Below are positions 42,500 to 52,640 of a stretch of 64,000 nt of DNA, piece by piece (position 1 is the stretch's first letter; each line of letters starts with the position of its first letter). Position numbers and translations under genes: made by a program. The notes beneath the pieces were generated by a model. The model saw nothing but the letters and a program-made list of their open reading frames with translations. It was not told where the DNA came from and ran no database searches. The DNA comes from Curvivirga sp. (GTDB lineage: Bacteria; Pseudomonadota; Alphaproteobacteria; UBA8366; Aestuariispiraceae): NCBI RefSeq assembly GCF_965219885.1, contig NZ_CBDCOT010000008.1, forward strand, positions 323,919 to 387,918, in the 5' to 3' direction.

Positions 42500-43372
42500 T
42501 TATTCAACATTTGCTGCTTGTTCGCGCAATTGATCAATCGTTGCTTTTAATTCCAAACCTGTTTGAGTTAGTTGTATATCTGCAGATTTTGAACATAGAG
42601 TGTTCGCTTCGCGATTAAACTCTTGGCATAGAAAGTCTAATTTACGGCCAATAACGGCTCCTTGTGATAAAAGATCACCACATGCCTTAATATGCGCGTT
42701 TAAACGATCAATCTCTTCACGTACATCGGCCTTTACCGCTAATAACGCAGCTTCCTGTGACAATCGTTCTTCTGTTATATCATCTCGTTTAGAAAGCAAT
42801 TCAGTGATTTGTCCATCTATCTTTTGACGGATCGCATCAGGTTGTGCCCCCGCCGAAGCTGTCGCGTCCAAAACCAACTGAGAAATACGTTCTAAATGGG
42901 TTTCAAGCATATCCTTAGTGCGAGCTCCCTCTTCCAAGCGATGTGCTTTCAAAGATTGTAATGCTTCATTTAATGACTGAATAATTTCCTGTTGAAGAGT
43001 TTTATCATTAGCAGCATCAGACTTTTCATCAGATTGCTCCAATACGCCACGTACGTTTAACAAACGATCAACACGCGGTTCTTCACCCAGTTCCTTACAT
43101 GTTTCTACCAACTGAGTTAATAGTGTTTTATTAATCTCAACCAACTGTTGTCCAGCAACAGGCTTTAAATCCAAATTTACCGAAACAGATCCGCGTTTGA
43201 ATGTTTTTTGTACAGCTGCACGTACGATCGGATCTAATCGTTCCCAGCCTGATGGGATACGAAGGCGTAAATCCAACCCCTTACTATTTACAGAACGTAA
43301 TTCCCACGCCCATTGAAACTTATCATTTTGCCCGGATATACGAGCAAAGCCTGTCATGCTTTGTAAGCCCAT
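42500..43372 (-). CDS. yicC: YicC-family stress-induced protein
   Basis: 290 aa with the N-terminus SMTGFAR...W.WELRSVN.KGLD and the C-terminal DUF1732-like block EFNREANTLCSKS. Conserved yicC-gmk pairing. Confidence 0.85.
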   Translation of the reverse strand: MGLQSMTGFARISGQNDKFQWAWELRSVNSKGLDLRLRIPSGWERLDPIVRAAVQKTFKRGSVSVNLDLKPVAGQQLVEINKTLLTQLVETCKELGEEPRVDRLLNVRGVLEQSDEKSDAANDKTLQQEIIQSLNEALQSLKAHRLEEGARTKDMLETHLERISQLVLDATASAGAQPDAIRQKIDGQITELLSKRDDITEERLSQEAALLAVKADVREEIDRLNAHIKACGDLLSQGAVIGRKLDFLCQEFNREANTLCSKSADIQLTQTGLELKATIDQLREQAANVE

Positions 43373-43454
43373 AAGACGGCCTTTCTTTTAATTTCAGTAG
43401 CATCATGTATAAACAAGCTTGCGAATGACAACAACCGCCTTACTTGGATAGCAG

Positions 43455-44216
43455 ATGAAAAATCCTAAAAAACATATCCTGATTACCGGTGCAAGCAGTG
43501 GTATAGGGGCTGCGATTGCCCAAAATTATGCCAAAGATGGTCACATCCTTTATCTATCAGGTAGAAACAAAGATCGTTTATCTGAAATCGGAGAGATTTG
43601 CGAATCATTAGGGGCATACGTGAATACAAAAGTCATCGACGTGACGGATCAAATGCAAATGCGAGGCTGGATATCCTCCCTCTCACATCTAGATATTGTT
43701 ATCGCAAATGCAGGCATTGCTATCGGGGACATATCCCCCCGTGATCATGACTATGAGGATACAGCCCGAACAATTTTTGATGTAAATTTAAATGGTGTAT
43801 TAAACACCATACACCCTGCGATAGATCTGATGAGAGCAAAAGGTGGATCAATATCTGTCGTAAGTTCCCTTGCAGGATATAGAGGCCTCCCCACCGCCCC
43901 TGCTTATTCTGCTTCTAAGGCAGCTGTTAAGGCCTATGCAGAAGCTCTATCACCAAGTTTAAAGTCAATCGATATTCATTTATCCGTAGTTTTTCCGGGT
44001 TTTGTAAAATCACGAATTACCGATCGAAACAAATTTCCGATGCCTTTCTTTATGACGGCCGAAAAGGCTTCTGACATTATAACAAGCAGAATTGAAGCTA
44101 AGAAAACGATCATTGCATTTCCATGGCAGATGCGCTTGATCAGCTGGTTCTTCCGCACCTTGCCAAGCGGTTGGGCATTAAAGATATTGAGCCTATCCAA
44201 AGAAGAGAAAGGGTAA
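43455..44216 (+). CDS. Short-chain dehydrogenase/reductase (SDR), substrate unknown
   Basis: ITGASSGIGAAIA cofactor motif, NAG, and the catalytic YSASKAAV. Confidence 0.8.
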   Translation: MKNPKKHILITGASSGIGAAIAQNYAKDGHILYLSGRNKDRLSEIGEICESLGAYVNTKVIDVTDQMQMRGWISSLSHLDIVIANAGIAIGDISPRDHDYEDTARTIFDVNLNGVLNTIHPAIDLMRAKGGSISVVSSLAGYRGLPTAPAYSASKAAVKAYAEALSPSLKSIDIHLSVVFPGFVKSRITDRNKFPMPFFMTAEKASDIITSRIEAKKTIIAFPWQMRLISWFFRTLPSGWALKILSLSKEEKG

Positions 44217-44218
44217 CT

Positions 44219-45208
44219 TTAGTTCTGTTGTTGTTTTTTGAATTTCCGCCATGCTGCAACATTTCGGTTATGCTCTTTCAAAGTCTTAGCAAAAGCATGG
44301 CCGCCAGATCCATCAGCAACAAAGTATAAATAGTCCGTTTGTAACGGGTTCAAAACAGCCTTAATCGAATCCAAACCGGGGTTCCCAATAGGGCCTGGAG
44401 GTAAACCCTTAATAACATATGTATTATAAGGATGATCCACCTTCCAATCCTGTCGTGTCAGACTGCGTCCTAAAGGTTTTAAACCTTCGGTCAGGGCATA
44501 GATAACCGTTGGATCGGATTGTAATCGCATTCCTTTTTTAAGGCGATTGACGAAAACTGATGCGACTTGTGGGCGTTCTGCGCCAACAGCTGTTTCTTTT
44601 TCAACGATAGAAGCGAGTATCAAAACCTCATCCCATGTTTTATAGGGTAGTTCATGAAGGCGAGCAGACTGCATCAATTTAGCACGAGATTGTTCCAAAG
44701 ATATCCGCATACGCCCAAGAATGTCTTCACGTGTATCCCCTAAGTTATAATGATATGTTTCAGGTAGCAGGCTTCCCTGCTTTGGCATTTCTGAGACATC
44801 ACCTTTAAGCGCCTCTTCAGCATATAAAAGATCAACGATTTCCCGACTAGTAAGCCCTTCCGGGATTGTAATTGATCTGACAACCGTATCATTACTGCTC
44901 AAATGCGCTAGAATGTCAGGAATATTCATTCCTGGTGTAAATCTATACTCCCCGGCTTTTAGAAGCTTATGGGCGCCACTAAGACGAGCCTGTAAGGTAA
45001 AATATCTTTCGTCATGGATTACGTTTGCTTCTTGCAAAGCTTGCCCAATAGCACGAACGCCTTGTCCACGTGGCACAATAACGGTCACGTCTTCCATCAA
45101 AGGACCGACTTCATGGATTTTTGCATCCACATAAAGATAGACGCCACCGAGCCCTAGCCCGATAGCGCCTAATAAAATAGTTAAAAGGATCAGGAGTTTC
45201 TTTTTCAT
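44219..45208 (-). CDS. mltG: Endolytic murein transglycosylase MltG (YceG family)
   Basis: 329 aa with an N-terminal TM anchor, ASIVEKET and PYNTY...GLPPGPI.NPG. Confidence 0.9.
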   Translation of the reverse strand: MKKKLLILLTILLGAIGLGLGGVYLYVDAKIHEVGPLMEDVTVIVPRGQGVRAIGQALQEANVIHDERYFTLQARLSGAHKLLKAGEYRFTPGMNIPDILAHLSSNDTVVRSITIPEGLTSREIVDLLYAEEALKGDVSEMPKQGSLLPETYHYNLGDTREDILGRMRISLEQSRAKLMQSARLHELPYKTWDEVLILASIVEKETAVGAERPQVASVFVNRLKKGMRLQSDPTVIYALTEGLKPLGRSLTRQDWKVDHPYNTYVIKGLPPGPIGNPGLDSIKAVLNPLQTDYLYFVADGSGGHAFAKTLKEHNRNVAAWRKFKKQQQN

Positions 45209-45231
45209 TAAAACTCGATCCTCAAATGCAC

Positions 45232-46494
45232 TTATACTTTACCCATAACGAGAGACGCATTGGTGCCACCGAAACCAAAGCTATTGGAAATCGCTACATC
45301 CACATCACGTTCTTGTGCTGTATGTGGCACAAGGTTCATATCACAACCTTCCGAAGGATTATGTAGGTTCAATGTCGGAGGGCAAACACCAGTTTCAATT
45401 GCTTTTAAGGCAAATATCGCTTCAACCGCACCAGCGGCACCTAACAAGTGACCAATAGAAGATTTGGTAGAAGACATGGCTGCATTCATAGCATGATCAC
45501 CAAGTAAACGTTTCACTGCACCATGTTCAATTTCATCGCCTAATGGTGTGGATGTTCCATGTGCATTGATGTAATCGATGCTGTCTGCGTTTTTACCAGC
45601 ATTGCGAAGTGCCGCTTCCATCGCACGATACCCACCGTTACCGTCGGATGCAGGTGCTGTTACATGATAAGCGTCACCAGACATACCATAACCAAGTACT
45701 TCACCGTAAATTTTTGCACCACGTGCTTTGGCATGTTCGTATTCTTCCAGAACAACAACACCTGCACCTTCACCCATCACGAAACCATCACGGCCTTGAT
45801 CCCAAGGGCGAGACCCTTCTTCAGGCGAATCGTTATAACTTGTGGATAATGCGCGTGCAGAAGCAAAACCAGCAATACCAATACGACTAATTGCAGATTC
45901 AGCACCACCAGCGATCATTACATCAGCATCGCCATATTCGATCATACGAGATGCATCACCGATTGCATGTGTACCTGTTGCACAAGCTGTCACTACAGAA
46001 TGGTTCGGACCACGGAAGCCATATTTAATTGATAGATATCCACTTACCAAGTTAATCAGGTTAGCAGGAATAAAAAACGGACTAATACGACGCGGGCCAC
46101 GTTCGTTCAATAGAGTTGTACCATCAGCAATACCAGGTAAGCCACCAATACCGGAACCAATCATAACGCCTGTACGATTAAGATCTTCTTCTTCTGTTGG
46201 CATCCATCCAGAATCTTGCACAGCCTGAATACCCGCAGCCATACCAAAGGTGATGAATGTATCCATTTTGCGTTGTTCTTTTTTATCAACAAAAGAATCA
46301 ACATCAAATGTACCATTGCTTCCATCACCACGTGGAACTACGCCTGCGATCTGACATGGCATGTCAGAGAGGTCCATATGTTCTACTTTGCGTAAGCCTG
46401 ACTTACCATTGGTAATAGAATTCCATACATGATCGATACCACTGCCAAGCGGAGAAACAATCCCTAAACCAGTTACAACAACGCGTCTTTTCAT
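45232..46494 (-). CDS. fabF: 3-oxoacyl-ACP synthase II
   Basis: 420 aa with the active-site ACATG context (VVTACATGTHAIGDA), HGTSTPLGD and NSFGFGGTNASL. Confidence 0.95.
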   Translation of the reverse strand: MKRRVVVTGLGIVSPLGSGIDHVWNSITNGKSGLRKVEHMDLSDMPCQIAGVVPRGDGSNGTFDVDSFVDKKEQRKMDTFITFGMAAGIQAVQDSGWMPTEEEDLNRTGVMIGSGIGGLPGIADGTTLLNERGPRRISPFFIPANLINLVSGYLSIKYGFRGPNHSVVTACATGTHAIGDASRMIEYGDADVMIAGGAESAISRIGIAGFASARALSTSYNDSPEEGSRPWDQGRDGFVMGEGAGVVVLEEYEHAKARGAKIYGEVLGYGMSGDAYHVTAPASDGNGGYRAMEAALRNAGKNADSIDYINAHGTSTPLGDEIEHGAVKRLLGDHAMNAAMSSTKSSIGHLLGAAGAVEAIFALKAIETGVCPPTLNLHNPSEGCDMNLVPHTAQERDVDVAISNSFGFGGTNASLVMGKV

Positions 46495-46669
46495 TTTCGC
46501 TTCACTTTATTGATCTTTAAATAGTCTGAAACATGATTTTATAGAATAATCATCTTAAAGGGAAAAGTATAGAAACAGCCCTTTTTGATGAAATTTTTGT
46601 GATATTGACCTGATTCCTGTCTAGAATCAAATCTGCCAATCAAACCATATTACATCACAAAAATATATT

Positions 46670-46715
46670 TAGAAAACTGAAACGGCGCGTCAAGGTTTTC
46701 ACCGACGCGCCGTTT
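46670..46715 (-). terminator. Hairpin terminator/attenuator between acpP and fabF
   Basis: Perfect 12-bp GC-rich stem AAACGGCGCGTC/GACGCGCCGTTT (46680-46691 / 46704-46715). On the minus strand it is followed by CAGTTTTC. Confidence 0.6.
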
Positions 46716-46743
46716 AAACAGTATCGAAAACGATTAGGTCAAA

Positions 46744-46980
46744 TTAACCTTGGTTTTCGGAGATGAATTTAACTGCATCACCAACTGTTTGGATGTTCTC
46801 AGCAGCATCATCAGGAATCTCGCAACCGAATTCTTCTTCGAAAGCCATTACCAATTCAACTGTGTCCAAGCTGTCTGCACCCAAGTCGTCGATGAAGCTA
46901 GCAGCTTCTGTAACCTTGGCTTCATCTGCGCCCAAGTGATCAACTACGATTTTCTTTACGCGTTCTGCAACGTCGCTCAT
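46744..46980 (-). CDS. acpP: Acyl carrier protein
   Basis: 78 aa, [17 protein letters not shown]...[21 protein letters not shown], with the DSLD phosphopantetheine site. The ORF-track N-terminal extension to 47100 is rejected. Confidence 0.95.
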   Translation of the reverse strand: MSDVAERVKKIVVDHLGADEAKVTEAASFIDDLGADSLDTVELVMAFEEEFGCEIPDDAAENIQTVGDAVKFISENQG

Positions 46981-47164
46981 GAACCTAATCCTTACTCTTC
47001 TATAGTTTGGGCAAAATCCCAAGGTGATAAAATTAATTCCGTCTGCCTTACAATGTTTCAAATTCATGAAACTGCAGTCGACAGCGCGGGTGTTTAGCAT
47101 AGAAGATCGAAACTGACCAGACCTTTAAGACAAAAAAATTCAGCCAGCTTCAATCACCTAATAC

Positions 47165-47902
47165 CTAGATCATCGCCATGCCACCATTCACATGTAATGT
47201 TTGACCTGTCATATATGCAGCTTCTTCAGAAGCAAGATATACAACGGAAGATGCGATTTCATCTACAGTACCCATACGGCCCGCAGGAATCTGCGCATTA
47301 ATCTTCGCTTGTTGGTCTTCATTCAATGCATCTGTCATTGGTGTGGCAATGAAACCAGGCGCGACGCAGTTTACAGTGATTCCCCGTGTTGCAACCTCTT
47401 GTGCCAAAGATTTTGACATACCAATCATACCAGCTTTAGATGCAGCATAGTTTGTTTGGCCTGGGTTACCTGTGACCCCAACGATAGAAGTAATACCAAC
47501 GATTCGGCCATAACGGCGTTTCATCATGCCTCGAAGACAAGCTTGTGATAGCTTGAAAGCGGCTTTCAAATTGACATCCAATACAGAATCCCAATCTTCA
47601 TCTTTAAGACGCATTGCAAGGTTGTCACGAGTTAAACCTGCATTATTTACCAAGATATCGATAGCGCCCATTGCTTCTTCGGCATCTTTTGCCAATTGCA
47701 CAACGGATTCCATGTCAGACAAGTTCGCAGGTGTGACAAAAGCGCGTTCACCCAACTCAGCTTTCAATGCTTCTAATGGCTCCACACGTGTACCGGACAA
47801 AGCAACAGTTGCTCCTTGTGCATGAAGGGCTTTAGCGATGGAATTACCAATACCACCGGATGCACCTGTTACAAGGGCACATTTACCTTTTAAATCAAAC
47901 AT
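47165..47902 (-). CDS. fabG: 3-oxoacyl-ACP reductase
   Basis: MFDLKGKCALVTGASGGIG..., NNAG, YAASKAG and GQTLHVNGGMAMI. Trimmed to the ATG at 47902. Confidence 0.95.
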   Translation of the reverse strand: MFDLKGKCALVTGASGGIGNSIAKALHAQGATVALSGTRVEPLEALKAELGERAFVTPANLSDMESVVQLAKDAEEAMGAIDILVNNAGLTRDNLAMRLKDEDWDSVLDVNLKAAFKLSQACLRGMMKRRYGRIVGITSIVGVTGNPGQTNYAASKAGMIGMSKSLAQEVATRGITVNCVAPGFIATPMTDALNEDQQAKINAQIPAGRMGTVDEIASSVVYLASEEAAYMTGQTLHVNGGMAMI

Positions 47903-47943
47903 ATTCTTTCCCCTATTCTTAAGGTTCAAAGGTAATTACAAAA

Positions 47944-48885
47944 TTATAAACTATTTAAAAACGCTTCAACGTCAGCAGGTGTTCCAACATTCACACCAGT
48001 CATATCGCGCTCAATACGGCGAACAAGGCCGCTTAGGACTTTACCTGCCCCAACTTCGACCAACTGCTCAACACCTTGATTTTTCATATAAGATACTGAT
48101 TCACGCCAACGCACACGACCACAGACCTGCTCTACAAGTAAGTCGCGAATACGAGACGGATCAATGATTTTTTCTGCAACGACATTGGCAACCAATGGGA
48201 CAGAAGGCGCTTGAATATCTGCAGATGCCAATGCCTCTGCCATCTTGTCTGCCGCAGGTTGCATCATTGCACAATGGAATGGTGCAGATACAGGTAATAA
48301 AACAGCGCGTTTTGCGCCTTTTTCCTTGGCAATCACCAAAGCACGCTCGATCGCGGCTTTCGCACCACTGAGAACAACCTGCCCCGGTGCATTATCATTT
48401 GCAGCTGTACAAACTTCACCTTGCGCAGCTTCAGCTGCAACAGCTTCAGCAGCATCTAAATCAAGACCAAGAACAGCTGCCATCGCACCTTCACCTACAG
48501 GCACAGCTGCCTGCATGGATTGCCCGCGAAGCTTCAATAATTTCGCAGCGTCACTGATTGTCAAAGAACGTGCGGCTGCCAATGCAGAATATTCACCTAA
48601 AGAATGTCCAGCCACCAAAGAACACATATCTGAAAGAGATTTACCACTTTCACTTTCCAAAACACGCAACGCAGCCAAACTAACAGACATCAATGCAGGT
48701 TGAGCATTCTCAGTTAAAGTTAAATCTTCCCCGGGGCCTTCCCACATCAAACGAGAAAGATTTTGCTCCAAAGCCTCATCAATTTCTTGGAAAACTTCAC
48801 GTGCTGCCGGGAAAGCGTCTGCAAGTTCTTTACCCATTCCAACCGCTTGAGATCCCTGACCGGGAAATACAAATGCAGATGTCAT
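47944..48885 (-). CDS. fabD: Malonyl-CoA:ACP transacylase
   Basis: 313 aa with FVFPGQGSQ, the GHSLGEYSAL active site, and SAPFHC. Confidence 0.95.
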   Translation of the reverse strand: MTSAFVFPGQGSQAVGMGKELADAFPAAREVFQEIDEALEQNLSRLMWEGPGEDLTLTENAQPALMSVSLAALRVLESESGKSLSDMCSLVAGHSLGEYSALAAARSLTISDAAKLLKLRGQSMQAAVPVGEGAMAAVLGLDLDAAEAVAAEAAQGEVCTAANDNAPGQVVLSGAKAAIERALVIAKEKGAKRAVLLPVSAPFHCAMMQPAADKMAEALASADIQAPSVPLVANVVAEKIIDPSRIRDLLVEQVCGRVRWRESVSYMKNQGVEQLVEVGAGKVLSGLVRRIERDMTGVNVGTPADVEAFLNSL

Positions 48886-49061
48886 TTATACAAATCCTTT
48901 AATGGTAAATTTATTATTTAGATAACGTATTTCAATTGCTATCAACGCCTGACAAAGTGACAGGCCAATCTAGCCCGAAAGGACCATGTGACAAGAGAAA
49001 AGTCAAGATTTCTGAGGGATTATCGAGATGATCCGTATTTAAAATAAGAAAACTGCGCTTC

Positions 49062-50483
49062 CTAACCTTCAGATTCGTCAATTCGACGCATTGCCCGACG
49101 TAAAAAGAAGTCGGCCTGTTCCGAATCAACAAGAAATTCCATAAGATGAGCAATCATAATCACATGATCACGCGCACGTTTCTTATAATCTGCGGGCACT
49201 GTATGAATATCTTCTAATAATTGATCTGAAAACTTTTCTAATTGGTCAACCATTCCATTTGCCACAGAACGTGCATTACTCATCATTCCAATTTTATCAG
49301 CAATACGAAGGCTTTCTTTCATAGAGCGCGCAGCACTTCGTGCCATGCGATATGCTTCCGGATCTAAATCAGCACGTAAATCACTTATAGTTCGTTTTGT
49401 ACGCCCAGCTTTCACACTACGTTGTTTCAACGCTGTTTTCAGTTTTTCAGGAGCTTGTGCCAGAATAGTTCGGGTCAAAGCATCGGATACGACTTTTCGG
49501 GTTGTAAATAACCTTTGTCCCCAGGCTCCGTCACGACGAATATTTAGATTCATCGTAATTGCTTCAAAAGTTTTCACATATTCCTTAATCAAACCAAGTA
49601 AAGTTTCTTCAGTACCGCCTTCTGATGCCATAGCGTCAATCTGTTGTACCAATTCTTCTAAATCACCAATTACAACGTCTCCGACTTTGGCAAGATCACT
49701 AATCGCCACAATCGAATCATCACCATCAGGGCTGATACTTTTCACAACTTTCAAAATATCGGCTTGTTTCAGCAAGCGACGCATCGCTGCAACAATAATC
49801 CAGCTTTCCTCACCTGGCTGACTATCTGCGGTATCATTATAACAATTTTTTACGGACGTAATGTGACCATCCAAAAACTTGGAAATTGGCTTAACTGGTA
49901 ATTTCTTCTTTAACGTTTCCAGTTCTGGCGCAACAGAAAGAACATGGCTCATTTCTTCCATATCTTCCAGTCGCGTCGCACCGCCAAGTTTCTTCAAAAG
50001 TTCATTGGCGTTAGCAGCACTTTCATCTGCCTTTTTTAGTGCATTTCTCATTAACTCAACAGCTGCCTGCCAAAGCTTAACTTGTGCGTCCCAACGTTTA
50101 TCAAGATCCTCTTTCGTTAATGCCTTTTCACATTTTTCACATATATCTTGAAAAGCTGTTCCACCCTCAATTTGAAGCCACTCCCACACGGGCTGCAATG
50201 AGGCACGGGCAATCATTGTTTCCTTTTTTACTTTCGGGTCACGCGGTATCAACAAATCTTCAAATGGATTACATAAAATTCGCTGAGCCGTGCCATTACG
50301 TGGAGGACGAATTCTAAAAAGAGTTGGTCGCAAGACCGACAAGATAAATTCATAAGGAATATCTTCGGCTCCATGGCTGCGTGCGTAATCCATAGCGGAT
50401 ACAAGCAAAACCAATTGACTTTCACCTAATTGAGATAAAAATGCCCGAAGTGCATCTTTTTTATCCTGACTGATTTCCATCAA
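49062..50483 (-). CDS. Hypothetical protein (473 aa, soluble, Lys/Glu-rich, probably all-helical); no family recognised
   Basis: Long uninterrupted ORF on the same strand as its neighbours, 71 nt downstream of the 371-aa ORF. I see no TM helix, signal peptide or nucleotide-binding or catalytic motif. It has a single CEKCEK. Confidence 0.7.
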   Translation of the reverse strand: MMEISQDKKDALRAFLSQLGESQLVLLVSAMDYARSHGAEDIPYEFILSVLRPTLFRIRPPRNGTAQRILCNPFEDLLIPRDPKVKKETMIARASLQPVWEWLQIEGGTAFQDICEKCEKALTKEDLDKRWDAQVKLWQAAVELMRNALKKADESAANANELLKKLGGATRLEDMEEMSHVLSVAPELETLKKKLPVKPISKFLDGHITSVKNCYNDTADSQPGEESWIIVAAMRRLLKQADILKVVKSISPDGDDSIVAISDLAKVGDVVIGDLEELVQQIDAMASEGGTEETLLGLIKEYVKTFEAITMNLNIRRDGAWGQRLFTTRKVVSDALTRTILAQAPEKLKTALKQRSVKAGRTKRTISDLRADLDPEAYRMARSAARSMKESLRIADKIGMMSNARSVANGMVDQLEKFSDQLLEDIHTVPADYKKRARDHVIMIAHLMEFLVDSEQADFFLRRAMRRIDESEG

Positions 50484-50554
50484 TCACATACCCCTTAATT
50501 CTTTAATATTATTATGATTTTCAATGCAATCCTTATACCAAGCATTGAGATGGA

Positions 50555-51670
50555 TCAGGTCCAGGCAGATTGTGGCTGCATAAACTCTTCGATATCCCCC
50601 TCAACTTCATCAAAATCTTCAAAATCAACAGCTCCATTTTCCGTTAAGAGGCGATTTTGCTCAGATGTGATTTTTTGCCAGATCACTTGCTGATTCATAT
50701 TCAAAACTTCCGCCGGTAATAGCGGCAAATGTTGTACTGCTTCACCAACCATATCGCGTTGCTGATGGCGGAATCCCTCTTTCACATGATCCCATTTTTG
50801 AGTAACACGGTCCCAACCATCCAAAATACTGGCAATTTTAGCAACTGAATCTTGCAAGCGTCGTAAATTCATATTCCAACTGGATAAAACTGTAGACATG
50901 GAGGAAGCTTGCTGCTGCATGCTTTCAATTTCTTCATAGGCCAATCGTCCTGCCATTTCAGCCGCATCTATAATTTGCTGAACCAAAATAACAGTTTCCG
51001 GCATTTCTTCTTCCGCCCAATCAGACATTTCCGCGCTCATACGCGCAAGATCAGAGACCGTTCGCATCAAATATCCTGGATGATCCCCACCTGGTGATCC
51101 TACGGCTGCACTTGTATCTGCCCACGTCGTCAAAATATCCATCATATCTTGCGTCGACATTCCTAACTTATCAGCATAGTTTTTGACAGACGCACGTGCT
51201 TTTTTCATATTTTCTTCGTCGATGAGATCCATAGGCGTGTATTCAACACCGTCACCAACTTGTCGAACAGCTTCGGAAACCAAAGTGAAATTGGTCATCA
51301 AACTGATTTCATGATCTTTTTGAATGGCATTAGTGGCTGCTTCAGCTACATCAGGTCCATCATATCCATCTTGTTGTACTTCCAGTGCGGTTTGGCGAAT
51401 TCTATCAGGGGTATGCGAAGACAGTTCATTCATTTTTTTATATAATGATCGGTCATGTAAACTCATGGAGATAACATCAGGTAAGTCAGACCAAGGGATA
51501 ATATAGGTACCTTTACCACCGGAAAGACCTGGTAATAATGCCTCCAGCCCCCCTTCTCTTCCTACGCGAACGCGTAAATGTTCCAAGACAGATGTTGTAA
51601 AGGGTACGGAATATCCGCGTTCAGCAAAGGTTTCAGGTAAACTGCCACCGATCCCTGACTTACTATTCAT
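50555..51670 (-). CDS. Hypothetical protein (371 aa, soluble, acidic, Met/Gln-rich, Cys-free); no family recognised
   Basis: Long uninterrupted ORF preceded by a 244-nt AT-rich region. Acidic C-terminal tail DFEDFDEVEGDIEEF. No recognisable motif. Confidence 0.7.
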   Translation of the reverse strand: MNSKSGIGGSLPETFAERGYSVPFTTSVLEHLRVRVGREGGLEALLPGLSGGKGTYIIPWSDLPDVISMSLHDRSLYKKMNELSSHTPDRIRQTALEVQQDGYDGPDVAEAATNAIQKDHEISLMTNFTLVSEAVRQVGDGVEYTPMDLIDEENMKKARASVKNYADKLGMSTQDMMDILTTWADTSAAVGSPGGDHPGYLMRTVSDLARMSAEMSDWAEEEMPETVILVQQIIDAAEMAGRLAYEEIESMQQQASSMSTVLSSWNMNLRRLQDSVAKIASILDGWDRVTQKWDHVKEGFRHQQRDMVGEAVQHLPLLPAEVLNMNQQVIWQKITSEQNRLLTENGAVDFEDFDEVEGDIEEFMQPQSAWT

Positions 51671-51914
51671 AGATTTTTATCCCAAAATGTAGCACCTTTA
51701 CGATGCATTATTATTTCCTGCCATAATTTTTATTTATTAGCATATTCGAGTATTTTCACTTAGGTGGCAACAGCCATCAACATTTTTTCCCATAAAAAAT
51801 TAGATAGCCATCAAAGGGTTAATTTGAACTGGATAAATTTGAGTCATTTCGTTACCGTGAGATCAAATTTAAACATAAACTAAAAGATTATCGGATTTCA
51901 GGAGAATTCATAAA

Positions 51915-52604
51915 ATGTCTATGAAATTATACGAACTTGCAGGTGCAGATAGCAATCGACGCTTTAGCCCTTATTGCTGGCGGGTAAAATATGCAATTGC
52001 CCATAAAGGGATCACACCAGAAACTGACTTTATCCGGTTCACCGAAAAATCAGCGATTGCACATTCTGGTTCACCCACAGTTCCAGTCATTGACGACGGT
52101 GATACTTCAGTATCTGACAGCTTTGAAATCGCCAAATATCTGGACGAAGCTTATCCAGATGCTCCCAAATTAATGGGATCAGATGTTGCGATCGGTCAAG
52201 CACGCCTCATTGAATCATGGGCAAACACCCAGATTATGGCTGTAATATTTCGTATGATTATACTTGATATCTTTGAAGGATTAGATGAAGGCGACAAAGA
52301 GTACTTCCGTGAAACACGAGAAAAACGTGTCGGCAGTAAACTGGAAGAATTTCAAAAATATGATGATGAACAAATTCAAACATTGTTCAATAATCTTACC
52401 CCAGTAAGAATGATGCTCAAAACACAACCATTTTTATCTGGTGACACACCGGGTTATGCAGATTATATCCTGATGGGATGTTTCATGTTTGCACGTGCTT
52501 CTTCTACTAAGAAGTTCTTAAAAGATGATGATAGTGTGAATGAATGGTACGAAAATATGCTTGATATGTATGACGGCTTGGGTCGCAAAGTTAAAGTATC
52601 ATAA
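51915..52604 (+). CDS. Glutathione S-transferase family protein
   Basis: 229 aa with a thioredoxin-like N-domain (FSPYCWRV...VPVI.D) and a helical C-domain. GGAGAA RBS upstream. Confidence 0.7.
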   Translation: MSMKLYELAGADSNRRFSPYCWRVKYAIAHKGITPETDFIRFTEKSAIAHSGSPTVPVIDDGDTSVSDSFEIAKYLDEAYPDAPKLMGSDVAIGQARLIESWANTQIMAVIFRMIILDIFEGLDEGDKEYFRETREKRVGSKLEEFQKYDDEQIQTLFNNLTPVRMMLKTQPFLSGDTPGYADYILMGCFMFARASSTKKFLKDDDSVNEWYENMLDMYDGLGRKVKVS

Positions 52605-52614
52605 AATAACGATT

Positions 52615-52635
52615 AAGGCCGGAAATTCCGGCCTT
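52615..52635. terminator. Bidirectional hairpin terminator between gst-like gene and tdk
   Basis: Perfect 8-bp stem AAGGCCGG/CCGGCCTT with loop AAATT. TTCATTT follows on the plus strand. Confidence 0.65.
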
Positions 52636-52640
52636 TTCAT

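Noticed and set aside
46981-47100. N-terminal 40-codon extension of the acpP ORF in the ORF track
   Set aside because: ACP proteins are about 78 aa. The internal ATG at 46980 yields the canonical [12 protein letters not shown]... sequence, and the extension has no homology-like features. The fabG start (47903-47929), the xthA TTG start (17342-17362), the pdxA GTG start (39903-39953) and the popZ start (61200-61229) were trimmed for the same reason.
48245-49821. 152-aa and 158-aa plus-strand ORFs (48245-48703 and 49345-49821)
   Set aside because: They are antisense to fabD and to the 473-aa hypothetical gene. The translations are Ala/Ser/Arg-rich and typical of reverse-frame reading. They have no independent signals.
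49062-51670. Interpreting the two hypothetical genes as an anti-phage defence system
   Set aside because: I find no nuclease, ATPase, helicase, TIR/SIR2, protease or methyltransferase motifs, and no neighbouring defence or mobile genes. The cassette is kept as unknown function, not as a defence candidate.
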